Assembly (NCBI GenBank): GCA_040752235.1
Contig: JBFMFJ010000001.1
Coordinates: forward strand, 1-36,428
Length of the DNA: 36,428 nucleotides
Reading direction: 5' to 3'
Origin: Candidatus Zixiibacteriota bacterium
GTDB taxonomy: Bacteria > Zixibacteria > MSB-5A5 > GN15 > PGXB01
Shown: piece after piece, positions 17,739-26,522 of the stretch
How positions within the stretch are numbered: position 1 is the stretch's first letter
Layout: each line of letters begins with the position of its first letter
Position numbers and translations under genes: made by a program
The notes under the pieces: model-generated
What the model was told of the DNA's origin: nothing
What the model saw: only the letters and a program-made list of their open reading frames with translations
Databases searched by the model: none

Positions 17739-18764
17739 TTAGTCTTTAACGCAACGAAGCGACAATCCGGATACCTTAGTCGTGCTGTAGCGATTGACTT
17801 CTGAATAATTGTAATACAGAATGCGGGACCACGCAGCATCACTATGGCTTTCGGTTGAAGACCAAAAGTAAGCGTATGTACCCACGCTGTTGAAGTGACC
17901 AATGGAGTTGCGGAGACCACCGGCAAGCGCGGTAAAACCGCTTTCGTTGGTAGCACCTTCGTTGGGGTTAATCCAATGCGCTGTCCCAGCCTCTTTTAGC
18001 TTACCGCCCACATTGAAAATCTTGGCACCACGCCAACCAGTCGTATCAGCCTCGGACCGACTCATACCAAGAAACATTTCCAACTGTTTCCACTCTTCAT
18101 CAGTCGGCACATGCCAACCGACCGGTGCGATATGGCGGCTGTCAGCTACTGCATACCAGTTATACAATCTGCCATAAATGGCGACATTATTTATATTATT
18201 GTCGTAATCACAATAAGCCCCATTGCGTTGGAATGCCCATGAGTCGTCACTTGTGACGTTGGGTATGGCATCGCCATTTCGATAATGAGTTACTTTAAGG
18301 TTCTCTGCCATCCACACCTGATTGCCAATAGTTACCGTTTGATATTCATTGCCATCAATATCGATTACCGTGCTTGCGGAAAATATTGTAGTAAACGACC
18401 TGGGGCTACCATACCCGGTTCCGGCACTGTTCGTGGCATAAGCCCTGACGAAGTAAGTTGTATTTGCAGATAAATTTGTGATTGAACTGGCGAAGATGCC
18501 AGTTCCCGAACCATCGGTGGTCTTACTATCGGCAAGAGTGGGTGTTTGATTGATACTCCAGCACACTCCACGAGCAGTCACGGTTGCACCGCCATCTGAA
18601 GTGATTGTTCCGCCACATTGAGCTGTAGTTTGTGTTATCGCACTGACGGTAGTAGTAGTTAATACTGGTACCGTAATATTATCCGGATTGGTACCCGAAT
18701 CATTCCCGCAGCCAATTATCAACGCGAGAATAATTGTACAAATAAACAAACTAAGAATCTTCAT
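17739..18764 (-). CDS. Lipoprotein with a Fibrobacter succinogenes major paralogous (FISUMP) domain
   Basis: Lipobox LALIIGCGND. FISUMP blocks: WMAENLKVTHYRNGDAI, GRLYNWYAV, APVGWHVPTDEEWKQLEMFLG, AGGKLKEAGTAHW, NESGFTALAGGLR, AYFWSSTE and GLSLRCVKD. Confidence 0.85.
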   Translation of the reverse strand: MKILSLFICTIILALIIGCGNDSGTNPDNITVPVLTTTTVSAITQTTAQCGGTITSDGGATVTARGVCWSINQTPTLADSKTTDGSGTGIFASSITNLSANTTYFVRAYATNSAGTGYGSPRSFTTIFSASTVIDIDGNEYQTVTIGNQVWMAENLKVTHYRNGDAIPNVTSDDSWAFQRNGAYCDYDNNINNVAIYGRLYNWYAVADSRHIAPVGWHVPTDEEWKQLEMFLGMSRSEADTTGWRGAKIFNVGGKLKEAGTAHWINPNEGATNESGFTALAGGLRNSIGHFNSVGTYAYFWSSTESHSDAAWSRILYYNYSEVNRYSTTKVSGLSLRCVKD

Positions 18765-18765
18765 C

Positions 18766-19482
18766 CTACCTCCTTTTCATGAATTGTGTTATTACGGTTT
18801 CATAGTTCTTCCGAATATCTTCAAGACTTTCGGTGCCGTATAAATCCCAGGTCGTCTTGACCGACGTATGCCCCAGAATCCGGGACAGCGATTCGATGCT
18901 TCCCTGTGCGTCCTTCCAGTGGCGAGCGAACGAGTGGCGGAATAGATGACAGGTGATGTTATGGTATTTCGGGTTCGGATTTCCGACGCCAGCGGTTTTT
19001 CCGATGTTTGCCACGATGCGGTTCAACTGCCTGCAACTGAGCCTTCGACCGTATCTGTTCAGAAAAATCGCTCCGTTTGTTCGGGTACCAATCAGGGAAT
19101 GAATGTCCTCCAATACGAAATCGGGAAGCGGCACGATCCGTTGCCTGCTACCCTTGCCGACACGTATCACAAGAAGCTTTTCGTCGTGGAGAACGTCATT
19201 GACGTCCAGTGCCGCGATTTCCGCACGGCGGAGTCCCGTGAAAGCCATGATTTCGATCAATACCCGGTCGCGCTGGCATTGGCTCGCCCTAATGATCTTC
19301 TCTATCTGCCTCAAAGTCAGATGATACTCCGCGTTCGATCCGGTTCTTTTTATCAATCCCTTTCTTCTTTTCCCTATTCTCCTCAAAAGGAGAGATTTCA
19401 CGCTGCCCAAAGAACGCCGGACAATTCCGGCGAATGGTGTCGAGCGTCCCAGTATTCCAGAAACGGGACGTTTATTCGGCAT
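18766..19482 (-). CDS. Short tyrosine recombinase (XerC/D-like)
   Basis: 238-aa ORF with GLRRAEIAAL, HLFRHSFARH and LGHTSVKTTWDLY catalytic blocks. There is a 1-nt gap to the lipoprotein gene. Confidence 0.8.
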   Translation of the reverse strand: MPNKRPVSGILGRSTPFAGIVRRSLGSVKSLLLRRIGKRRKGLIKRTGSNAEYHLTLRQIEKIIRASQCQRDRVLIEIMAFTGLRRAEIAALDVNDVLHDEKLLVIRVGKGSRQRIVPLPDFVLEDIHSLIGTRTNGAIFLNRYGRRLSCRQLNRIVANIGKTAGVGNPNPKYHNITCHLFRHSFARHWKDAQGSIESLSRILGHTSVKTTWDLYGTESLEDIRKNYETVITQFMKRR

Positions 19483-19773
19483 CGGTGAAATGGTTTGAAG
19501 GCGCTAATACGGGCATGGCTATAAGGATGAACGCGGCAGCCGCCGCGAATCCGCGGGAGGCTTGATAAAGCGATAGCCGCATGCTAAGATAAAGAAAAGT
19601 GCCGTATTTACTTGAGATTCAGGAGGTTAGGATGAGATAGAAAGGTCTCACTACTGGAAAAATAGGACATATGACGCGGGCTGTCAAGCGATATATTCGG
19701 AATATTTATCCCCAGTTAGGTGGGAGTTCGCACACTACACAATCCAGGAATTTCCAGATACTATTGGTCAGCT

Positions 19774-19932
19774 ATGGATATTCCGCAAAAAGCAAAAACC
19801 GAACTCAAGAACATTCACCTTAAACAAACCGGACTCACATTGACCGACCATGAAGCCGAAGTCATGGCTCAGAATCTTTTCCAGTTGTTTGAGGCGATCT
19901 ATCAGCCTATTCCCAAAGAATGGCTGAAATAA
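19774..19932 (+). CDS. Hypothetical small protein upstream of the serine recombinase
   Basis: The ORF track gives 19720-19932 from a GTG. The ATG at 19774 (MDIPQKAK...) is more plausible. It ends 16 nt before the recombinase ORF. No recognisable motif. Confidence 0.3.
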   Translation: MDIPQKAKTELKNIHLKQTGLTLTDHEAEVMAQNLFQLFEAIYQPIPKEWLK

Positions 19933-19948
19933 GCAGTCTACCATTTAA

Positions 19949-21619
19949 TTGAATCGATATATGATATCGTATTTCGTTTACGCCAGAAAATCCACGGAAT
20001 CCGGGGACAGACAAGCGCTGTCGATTGAAGCTCAAATAAATGAGCTGACATCGCTGGCACAAAAAGAGCAACTCAAGATAGCAAAGATATTCACCGAATC
20101 GCAATCTGCCAAGAATTCCGACCGACCGGTGTTCGGTAGTATGGTCAATGAACTGAAGCGAAACCGAATCCGGGGTATTCTCTGTTGGAAACTAGATAGA
20201 CTGACCAGAAATCTATCGGACGCGGCAAGGATATCGGACCTCCTGGAAAAAGGCGTTATCGACGAAATTCGAACACCCATGCAGATTTACAGAAACAACA
20301 GCATTGACCGGCTCATGAGCGGCATTGACTTTTTATTCGCGCGAAAATTCATAGATGACCTTTCGGAGAACGTGAAACGAGGGCTTAGACTCAAGGTGCA
20401 ACAAGGCTGGATGCCTGGAAGAGCGCCTATCGGATACTTAAGCGATCAGGCGGATAAGGGTTTTCGAAAAATCATCCCCGATCCCGAACGTTTTCCTCTC
20501 ATTCGCAAAATGTGGGATATGATGCTGAGCTGTAATTACTCCGTACCGCAAATATTGAGTATTGCCAATAAAGAATGGGGATTCAAGACCAGAAGAACAA
20601 AAAGACATGGGGCGGCGCCTTTATATAAAAGCACGCTATACAAGGTATTTACCGATCCCTTCTATTACGGCTGCTTTGTCTATCAGGGGGAGCTTCATCA
20701 AGGAAAACACAAGCCAATGGTTACCTTCGAGGAATTTGAACAAGTTCAGCAACTGCTCGGAACCAATAATAAATCCAAGCCTCAGGAACATACTTTCGAT
20801 TTTACCGGTCTTTTTCGATGCGGGCAATGCAATTCCCTAATAACCGCGGAGCGAAAATATAAGCTTCTCAGATCGACCAATGTGAAAAAGTCCTATATCT
20901 ATTATCATTGCACGCACGGGAAAAATCCAGACTGTCAGCAAGGATCGGTGACTGACATTAATTTGCTGGATCAAATTGACGGATATTTATCGAAAATAGC
21001 CATTCCACGGGAGCACCTGGAATGGATATTTAAATACTATGATGCTGTGTCTTCCCGAGAATTAAACAAAACTGAAAATGAAAAGCGGTCTATAAAAAAA
21101 GAATTGCAGTCCATCGACAAAAAGTTACAGAACCTGATGAATCTTAAAATAGCCCCGGAGAATGAAGATAACCAGTTGCTATCCGATGAAGAATACCTTA
21201 AACAAAAAAACAAACTTATACAGGAAAAACAGAGCCTAGACTACTCGCTGAACAATTACGATAAAGCAAACATGGAAATGCTTTCTCTTACCAAAGAGAC
21301 ATTTGAATTGTCTGCCTACGCCCGAATCTGGCTTTGTAAAGGGGACAAACAGCGGAAACAGACCATCATACGAAAGATATTCTCGAACCGGAAAATAGTG
21401 GATAAAACTGTGCTAATGAAAGCCAAAAGACCTTTTGAGTTAATTTCTGATATCCAATTGCCGTCGAATGGAAAAATAAAAACTTTCGAACCGACAAAAT
21501 ATGGCTTAGATAACACACAATCCGGCATATATGATGACGGATTATGTGCTCTCCTCCGGCAACTGGACGACATTAGAACTGAAATAGTGAAAATGGCCAA
21601 GGAAAACGGTCAAATATAA
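19949..21619 (+). CDS. Large serine recombinase (resolvase domain, recombinase domain, zinc-ribbon and coiled-coil)
   Basis: N-terminal YARKSTESGDRQALSIEAQ (catalytic Ser), LCWKLDRLTRN, Cys clusters CGQC...CTHG...C, and a C-terminal coiled-coil. An alternative start is MISYF at 19961. Confidence 0.85.
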   Translation: MNRYMISYFVYARKSTESGDRQALSIEAQINELTSLAQKEQLKIAKIFTESQSAKNSDRPVFGSMVNELKRNRIRGILCWKLDRLTRNLSDAARISDLLEKGVIDEIRTPMQIYRNNSIDRLMSGIDFLFARKFIDDLSENVKRGLRLKVQQGWMPGRAPIGYLSDQADKGFRKIIPDPERFPLIRKMWDMMLSCNYSVPQILSIANKEWGFKTRRTKRHGAAPLYKSTLYKVFTDPFYYGCFVYQGELHQGKHKPMVTFEEFEQVQQLLGTNNKSKPQEHTFDFTGLFRCGQCNSLITAERKYKLLRSTNVKKSYIYYHCTHGKNPDCQQGSVTDINLLDQIDGYLSKIAIPREHLEWIFKYYDAVSSRELNKTENEKRSIKKELQSIDKKLQNLMNLKIAPENEDNQLLSDEEYLKQKNKLIQEKQSLDYSLNNYDKANMEMLSLTKETFELSAYARIWLCKGDKQRKQTIIRKIFSNRKIVDKTVLMKAKRPFELISDIQLPSNGKIKTFEPTKYGLDNTQSGIYDDGLCALLRQLDDIRTEIVKMAKENGQI

Positions 21620-21734
21620 GATATTCGTCAAGAGACCCGACAGATAAACTTTCATCCATTATATCAAACCCTAGCGGTATCCACAAACCGGTGGGAGTTC
21701 CGCCATTCAAACCACATTTATGGGGACTGAGTAA

Positions 21735-21771
21735 ATAAAAAATGCTCCGTGCCATTGTTGGGCGCGGAGCA
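21735..21771 (-). terminator. Intrinsic terminator of the M23/T9SS gene
   Basis: On the minus strand: 9-bp hairpin (21763-21771 / 21743-21751, one mismatch) followed by TTTTTT (the 21737-21742 A-run on plus), 27 nt past the stop codon. Confidence 0.65.
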
Positions 21772-21797
21772 AGGAAATAATCTAATGTAGTTGCCTC

Positions 21798-24659
21798 CTA
21801 TTTCAGCAAGAGCATCTTTTTTGTTTCTGTAACCTCGGCAGTTTGAATTCTGTAGAAATACACGCCGGATGCGTACTTTGCGGCATCCCAGGTGATCGTA
21901 TGTTCACCGGCCGGTTGGTCGGCATCCATGAGCGTTTCCACCTTTTGCCCAAGAATGTTGTACACATCGAGCCGGACATGCGTAGCCTCCGGCACGGAGA
22001 ACGAAATCACGGTTGTGGGATTGAACGGGTTCGGGTAATTCCGGGACAGAGAGAAGCCAGACGGGAGGATTTGCTCCTCGGAGTAGGCAACCTTCGGGGA
22101 ACCGCCAGGACCGTTGAAATGGCCTGCGACCATCGCAATTTCCTTCAATGGATTGTAGTCGGTCCGCATCCACCAGCCGTCGTACCCGCCGGACATCGCG
22201 AAAGAAGAGCCGGTACTCCGGAATACATGGAGCCGAACGCCCGTGGAGTCATACATCATGCACACGTCCGGAATATTATCTCCGGTAAAATCACCAGATG
22301 CCACGTGCAGAATTTTATCTGCTTCGTAGTTTTCAGGCGGATTCCACCAGATCTGGTAGTAGGCGAAGGACGAACCTGTTGAACGGAAGAAATGCAGCCG
22401 GGTCAAATGCCCCTCACCGCCGGAGCGGTAGCCCATGTAATACGCCAGGGTAACATCGTCAATGCCGTCATTGTTGAAGTCGTCGGATACTGCGCCGTGC
22501 ACTCGGGCAGCTTCATAGCTGTCAGGGGAGCTCCACCACCCGGCATAGCCGTCCATGTCGAACGAGGAGCCCGTAGAGAGAAACATATGGAGCCGGGTCA
22601 GATACCCTTCTCCGGTGTCGCGATACCCCATGTAGTACACGATGCAGATATCGTCCGTGCCGTCATTGTCGTAATCCCCGGAGGTAAAGCCGTAGATATG
22701 TTCTCGGTAGTAGCTCATGATGCCGTCAGAATCCCACCAGGTCTGCTTGGTGAACGAGGAGCTTCCGTTGGACAGGAACACGTGCAGGAGGAGCCTGCTC
22801 GAAGTTTCTGCGTAGAGAACGGCGACGTCTTCGTAGCTGTCGCTGTTGAAATACCCGGAAACCATGCCCACAACCTTGGCTGGATCGTAACCCGAGGTGC
22901 TGAGCCACCAGCCGGTGCTGCCGGTCCAGTCAAAATCCTCGCCGGTCGAGAGGAACACGTGCAGACGGCGTGATGCGGAGTAGTTATACATATTAACCAC
23001 ATCATCATTCCCATCGCCATTAACGTCGGCCGAAACCGTTGCAAGTACATCGCTGATATTGTAGTTCGTGCTCATCCACCAGCCGTACTTGCCCTGGAAG
23101 TCGAAAGAGCCGCCATTAGACAGGCACATGTGAATCCTGCTCGAAGTGCCGCCGTAATCGTACCAGGTTGCAATGTCGGCGTAATGGTCGCCGGAAGGCC
23201 CGCCAGCAGAACCGACCTGATTGTTCCAGATTTCCGTACCCGCGCGGTTGTACACCCGCGTGATGCCATTGTCATCGACCATCCGGCCATACTTGAAGTA
23301 CTGGGTGCCGCTGAAACGGTCCGATGTCGGAGCACCGAGCGTATCAGGCATCCATACGTACTCACTCTTCGCGGGATTCCAGACCTTACCGAACGAGAAC
23401 GCATTGTAGAAGCCGCCATACACATAGTAAGCCAGGTTGTTACCAGCATGACCCCATCCTTCAACATCCACCCATGACTCTGGGTCATAGACGATAATGC
23501 CTTCGCCGTTCGTACCAAAGTCGTAGCGCTGAGCGTGATAGCTTGTACCTTGCCAGTTAATGTGAATCTTTTGTAGCGCACAACCGACGCCAACTCGTGC
23601 ACCATTTCTCTCATAGCAGTCTGCAATGAGGTAGGACCATTGCCGGTTCCAGCCGTCATCGGTCCAGCCGGGAGCGTAGGTAGGTAAATCGTTTACCGGA
23701 CCATAACCTTCGATAGTTATTTCATACGGCTGACGACCTTGGATATATTCGAGATACCCGAGCTGGAAATCCTGCCTGGCATGGCCTGCGCCAAGTTCAT
23801 ACTCGTTGGTAACGGGCATTCCGAAACATCCCGAAGGGCCATCATTTTCCGACCAGCCGTGTCCATAACCATCAGCCCAGAAACCGGTGCGAACGGTATA
23901 TGCCTGACGGGTGCCGCCCAGGGCATCATATACGATTCCGCTCCGGCTGAAAGTGCCTCCTGAATAGTCTCGGATATAGCAAGTATTGCTGGTATTGTAT
24001 TCCTCATCATATAGGTTATCAGGGGCCCAGGTTTCGTAGCCACCATACCAGTGGATATCTTGGAGCACTGTACCGAAGTTGGTACTACCGCCGTTGGCCG
24101 TGTATTCCAGGTCGATGATGTTGGAATTTTGAGAAGTGCACTGCTGATCTTCGACGGGTACCCCGACATCGTCGAATGAAGTCTGGATACTTGACCCGTT
24201 AAGTGTACTTTGAATCTGAAAGTGCACATGATAACCGGTTGAATTGCCGGTAGTCCCACAAGTTCCAATGACCTGGCCCTGTTGGATAAGCTCTCCTCTT
24301 CTGACAAATACCTGCTCCAAGTGACACATACGCGCATAGGTCCCATCCGACAATGCCAGAATTACATAATTACCCCATCCACTTGTACAACTTCCACATT
24401 GGAAGTAGCATTCTGCCACAGTAGCGTCCATCGGTGCGACAAGCGGATGGTTTATGTCGGACGAACCAAGTATATTGAAGTCCCAGGCATAAGCCATGCC
24501 GTACTCCGACCAATGGTCGTAGTCGCCATAGTGTGGAGCGTTGTTCCCTTGTGAACAAGTCCATTGCTCGCCACTCATCATTGGCATTTTGATTCCTGCA
24601 TTAACAGCCAGTGCTGTCAGCTGAGACATCAAGAACACTAATAGCATCCGTAGCTTCAT
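21798..24659 (-). CDS. Secreted M23 metallopeptidase fused to FG-GAP/VCBS-like repeats and a T9SS (Por) C-terminal sorting domain
   Basis: Start moved to MKLRMLLVFLMSQLTALAVNA (ATG 24659, aggag RBS upstream). M23 block GTCGTTGNSTGYHVHFQI. Five or more DxNxDGxDD repeats (DVNGDGNDDV, GDYDNDGTDDI, DDFNNDGIDDV and others). C-terminus NYPNPFNPTTVISFSVPE...ASGVYFYRIQ...KKMLLLK. Confidence 0.85.
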   Translation of the reverse strand: MKLRMLLVFLMSQLTALAVNAGIKMPMMSGEQWTCSQGNNAPHYGDYDHWSEYGMAYAWDFNILGSSDINHPLVAPMDATVAECYFQCGSCTSGWGNYVILALSDGTYARMCHLEQVFVRRGELIQQGQVIGTCGTTGNSTGYHVHFQIQSTLNGSSIQTSFDDVGVPVEDQQCTSQNSNIIDLEYTANGGSTNFGTVLQDIHWYGGYETWAPDNLYDEEYNTSNTCYIRDYSGGTFSRSGIVYDALGGTRQAYTVRTGFWADGYGHGWSENDGPSGCFGMPVTNEYELGAGHARQDFQLGYLEYIQGRQPYEITIEGYGPVNDLPTYAPGWTDDGWNRQWSYLIADCYERNGARVGVGCALQKIHINWQGTSYHAQRYDFGTNGEGIIVYDPESWVDVEGWGHAGNNLAYYVYGGFYNAFSFGKVWNPAKSEYVWMPDTLGAPTSDRFSGTQYFKYGRMVDDNGITRVYNRAGTEIWNNQVGSAGGPSGDHYADIATWYDYGGTSSRIHMCLSNGGSFDFQGKYGWWMSTNYNISDVLATVSADVNGDGNDDVVNMYNYSASRRLHVFLSTGEDFDWTGSTGWWLSTSGYDPAKVVGMVSGYFNSDSYEDVAVLYAETSSRLLLHVFLSNGSSSFTKQTWWDSDGIMSYYREHIYGFTSGDYDNDGTDDICIVYYMGYRDTGEGYLTRLHMFLSTGSSFDMDGYAGWWSSPDSYEAARVHGAVSDDFNNDGIDDVTLAYYMGYRSGGEGHLTRLHFFRSTGSSFAYYQIWWNPPENYEADKILHVASGDFTGDNIPDVCMMYDSTGVRLHVFRSTGSSFAMSGGYDGWWMRTDYNPLKEIAMVAGHFNGPGGSPKVAYSEEQILPSGFSLSRNYPNPFNPTTVISFSVPEATHVRLDVYNILGQKVETLMDADQPAGEHTITWDAAKYASGVYFYRIQTAEVTETKKMLLLK

Positions 24660-24729
24660 ATGAAGCTCCTTTCTCCTTTGGACAGCCTCTATTCCTGTCC
24701 TGTTTGATGTCAAAGAGCATTATTACTCT

Positions 24730-25404
24730 TTATTTTAGTTTGATTTGTTCTATTATTGATTCAAATATCTGTGATTGAGCTTGAGAGTCGATGGGATAGC
24801 TGATCCACATTTCCTCATACATGGTGCCGCTATTTAAGGGCGAGAATAAGTACCGACGAATATTATCTGGTGCGCTATTAGTCGTCGTGCGCGTGGTTTC
24901 CACAATACGAGTTGGTTTCTCGTCGATCTTGCCCTGTGTTTCTGAAGTAGTTTGCTCGGTTTCAAATCCAGTAGCACGATTGCTTATAACCATTTCACCC
25001 GATACGCGTGAGTCTGTTATTATAATTGTAAATGAAGGGTATGTCGTTCCATTAACTACTGTAGTTGAAACGTATTGTTCCTGAATAGTGGCTGTTGAAG
25101 GAATTGCAATGCTAAATGGGACAACATCGTTTGTATATGTAGTCGGCCCACTAATAGTGATTGCCGCGTTCGTATTATCATTACTTACAGAATTCGTATT
25201 AGAGGCATTGTTCGTTATTATGGGAATATTAGCATTTGCTCGCTCATTAACATTCAAAGCGACGTTCAAATTATCAGAATTATCATTTTCAGAGCTTGTA
25301 AAATACGCATAAATCCCATATCCGGCGATAACCAGGATAGCTACCAATAAAACTGCCCCGAGCGCTCTGGGCATTGGGTTGTTGGCTCTTGGTTGGTTTT
25401 CCAT
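24730..25404 (-). CDS. Hypothetical membrane-anchored protein with an Asn/Thr/Ser-rich ectodomain
   Basis: 224-aa ORF with a single N-terminal TM segment (LGAVLLVAILVIAGYGIYAYF). No recognisable motif. Confidence 0.5.
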   Translation of the reverse strand: MENQPRANNPMPRALGAVLLVAILVIAGYGIYAYFTSSENDNSDNLNVALNVNERANANIPIITNNASNTNSVSNDNTNAAITISGPTTYTNDVVPFSIAIPSTATIQEQYVSTTVVNGTTYPSFTIIITDSRVSGEMVISNRATGFETEQTTSETQGKIDEKPTRIVETTRTTTNSAPDNIRRYLFSPLNSGTMYEEMWISYPIDSQAQSQIFESIIEQIKLK

Positions 25405-25546
25405 AGGTATTGTATTAATAGTCTTATTTCTTCATCCTACCAAACCGGTTAGCTTAGTCAATCCCTGTGAACTCGAATAATTCCCTAAATGGAAAAGAAA
25501 ATCCGCCGTTCCCGGCGGTTTCAAGAAGAGTGATCCTTGCAATCCT

Positions 25547-26332
25547 TTATGTCAATCCGGTAAGGATTCTGCCGGAGACATCCTTGATGCGCTGGATTGA
25601 GTGAATCAGCATTTCTTTGTCGCCTTTGTAAAGCTGGATATAGTCCGAAAAGGCGGTGTTGGTATCTAGGCCGATAAACTGGCAGACGACATAGGCGACG
25701 GCTTCAGCTTCGGTTTCCTTCTGCGTCTTCGATAGCTTTTCGCCGGAGTGATGCAGAAACTCATGAGCCAGTTCGTGGACTTTCACACCGAAATCTTGAG
25801 CCGGAGACAAACCGGAACGGATAACGATCTTGCCGCCGGTCGAACAGCCGTCCGCGGGCAAGGTATCCGAATACTCAAGAGTAATACCGTTAGCGGAAAT
25901 AAAATTACCGAGCATTTCCAGATAACGGGAGGGATCGCCTTGCACCCGGGCGAATTCGGGCAGTTCGGCTCCGTCGGTTTGGCTTACGTCAAAAACGTAA
26001 ACGGCCTTGAAACCGTTAACTTCGGTGACATTGGAACGGTTGTCATCATCTTCAACCGTTTCTTTTTTGTAAACCAATGGAGCGATGATAACGATGCCGT
26101 TTTCGCCTTTTTTGACGAACCGGCCAAGCTTTTTCCAGGTGTGAAATCCGGCGACATGAGTGGCACTCGGCTTCTGAAGAGCGATGAGCAGGATATTGCC
26201 GAAGCTGTAGCGATGGAATCTGCTCATCGTCTGAAGGTACTTCTTCAGTTCATCACTCTGACCAGCTTCGAGAGACTCGGTCAATGAAGTGAGAGCGTTT
26301 TCAATCAGTTGTTTTGCTTTGTTGTTCTTCAT
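25547..26332 (-). CDS. ardC: ArdC-like anti-restriction protein (ssDNA-binding N-domain plus HExxH metalloprotease domain)
   Basis: N-terminus FHRYSFGNILLIALQKPSATHVAGFHTWKKLGRFVKKGENGIVIIAP (ArdC-N pattern). C-terminal VHELAHEFLHH zinc-protease motif. aaggag RBS upstream. Confidence 0.7.
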   Translation of the reverse strand: MKNNKAKQLIENALTSLTESLEAGQSDELKKYLQTMSRFHRYSFGNILLIALQKPSATHVAGFHTWKKLGRFVKKGENGIVIIAPLVYKKETVEDDDNRSNVTEVNGFKAVYVFDVSQTDGAELPEFARVQGDPSRYLEMLGNFISANGITLEYSDTLPADGCSTGGKIVIRSGLSPAQDFGVKVHELAHEFLHHSGEKLSKTQKETEAEAVAYVVCQFIGLDTNTAFSDYIQLYKGDKEMLIHSIQRIKDVSGRILTGLT

Positions 26333-26522
26333 AATGTTTCTCCTTCGTTAAACGGGTTTTTGGTTCCTTCACCCACAGGCAAGAGGAACCCAAAAATCCG
26401 CGAGAAGGAGAAATCCCCCTACGGGAACAACTAAGCAAATATGAAATTACGCTCGATTATTAAGCGAGGCCACGATGGTCATTATGTCTGTGAGTCGAAC
26501 TGATGCGCAGTATATACTTAGG

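Noticed and set aside
18946-19488. 180-aa ORF antisense to the short tyrosine recombinase
   Set aside because: It is a shadow ORF. The minus-strand frame carries the recombinase catalytic motifs.
21843-24554. Numerous 60-210-aa ORFs on both strands within 21.8-24.7 kb
   Set aside because: All of them lie inside the 953-aa M23/FG-GAP/T9SS gene, whose frame is supported end to end by domain motifs.
25748-26287. 179-aa ORF antisense to ardC
   Set aside because: It is a shadow ORF of a gene with clear ArdC-N and HExxH motifs.
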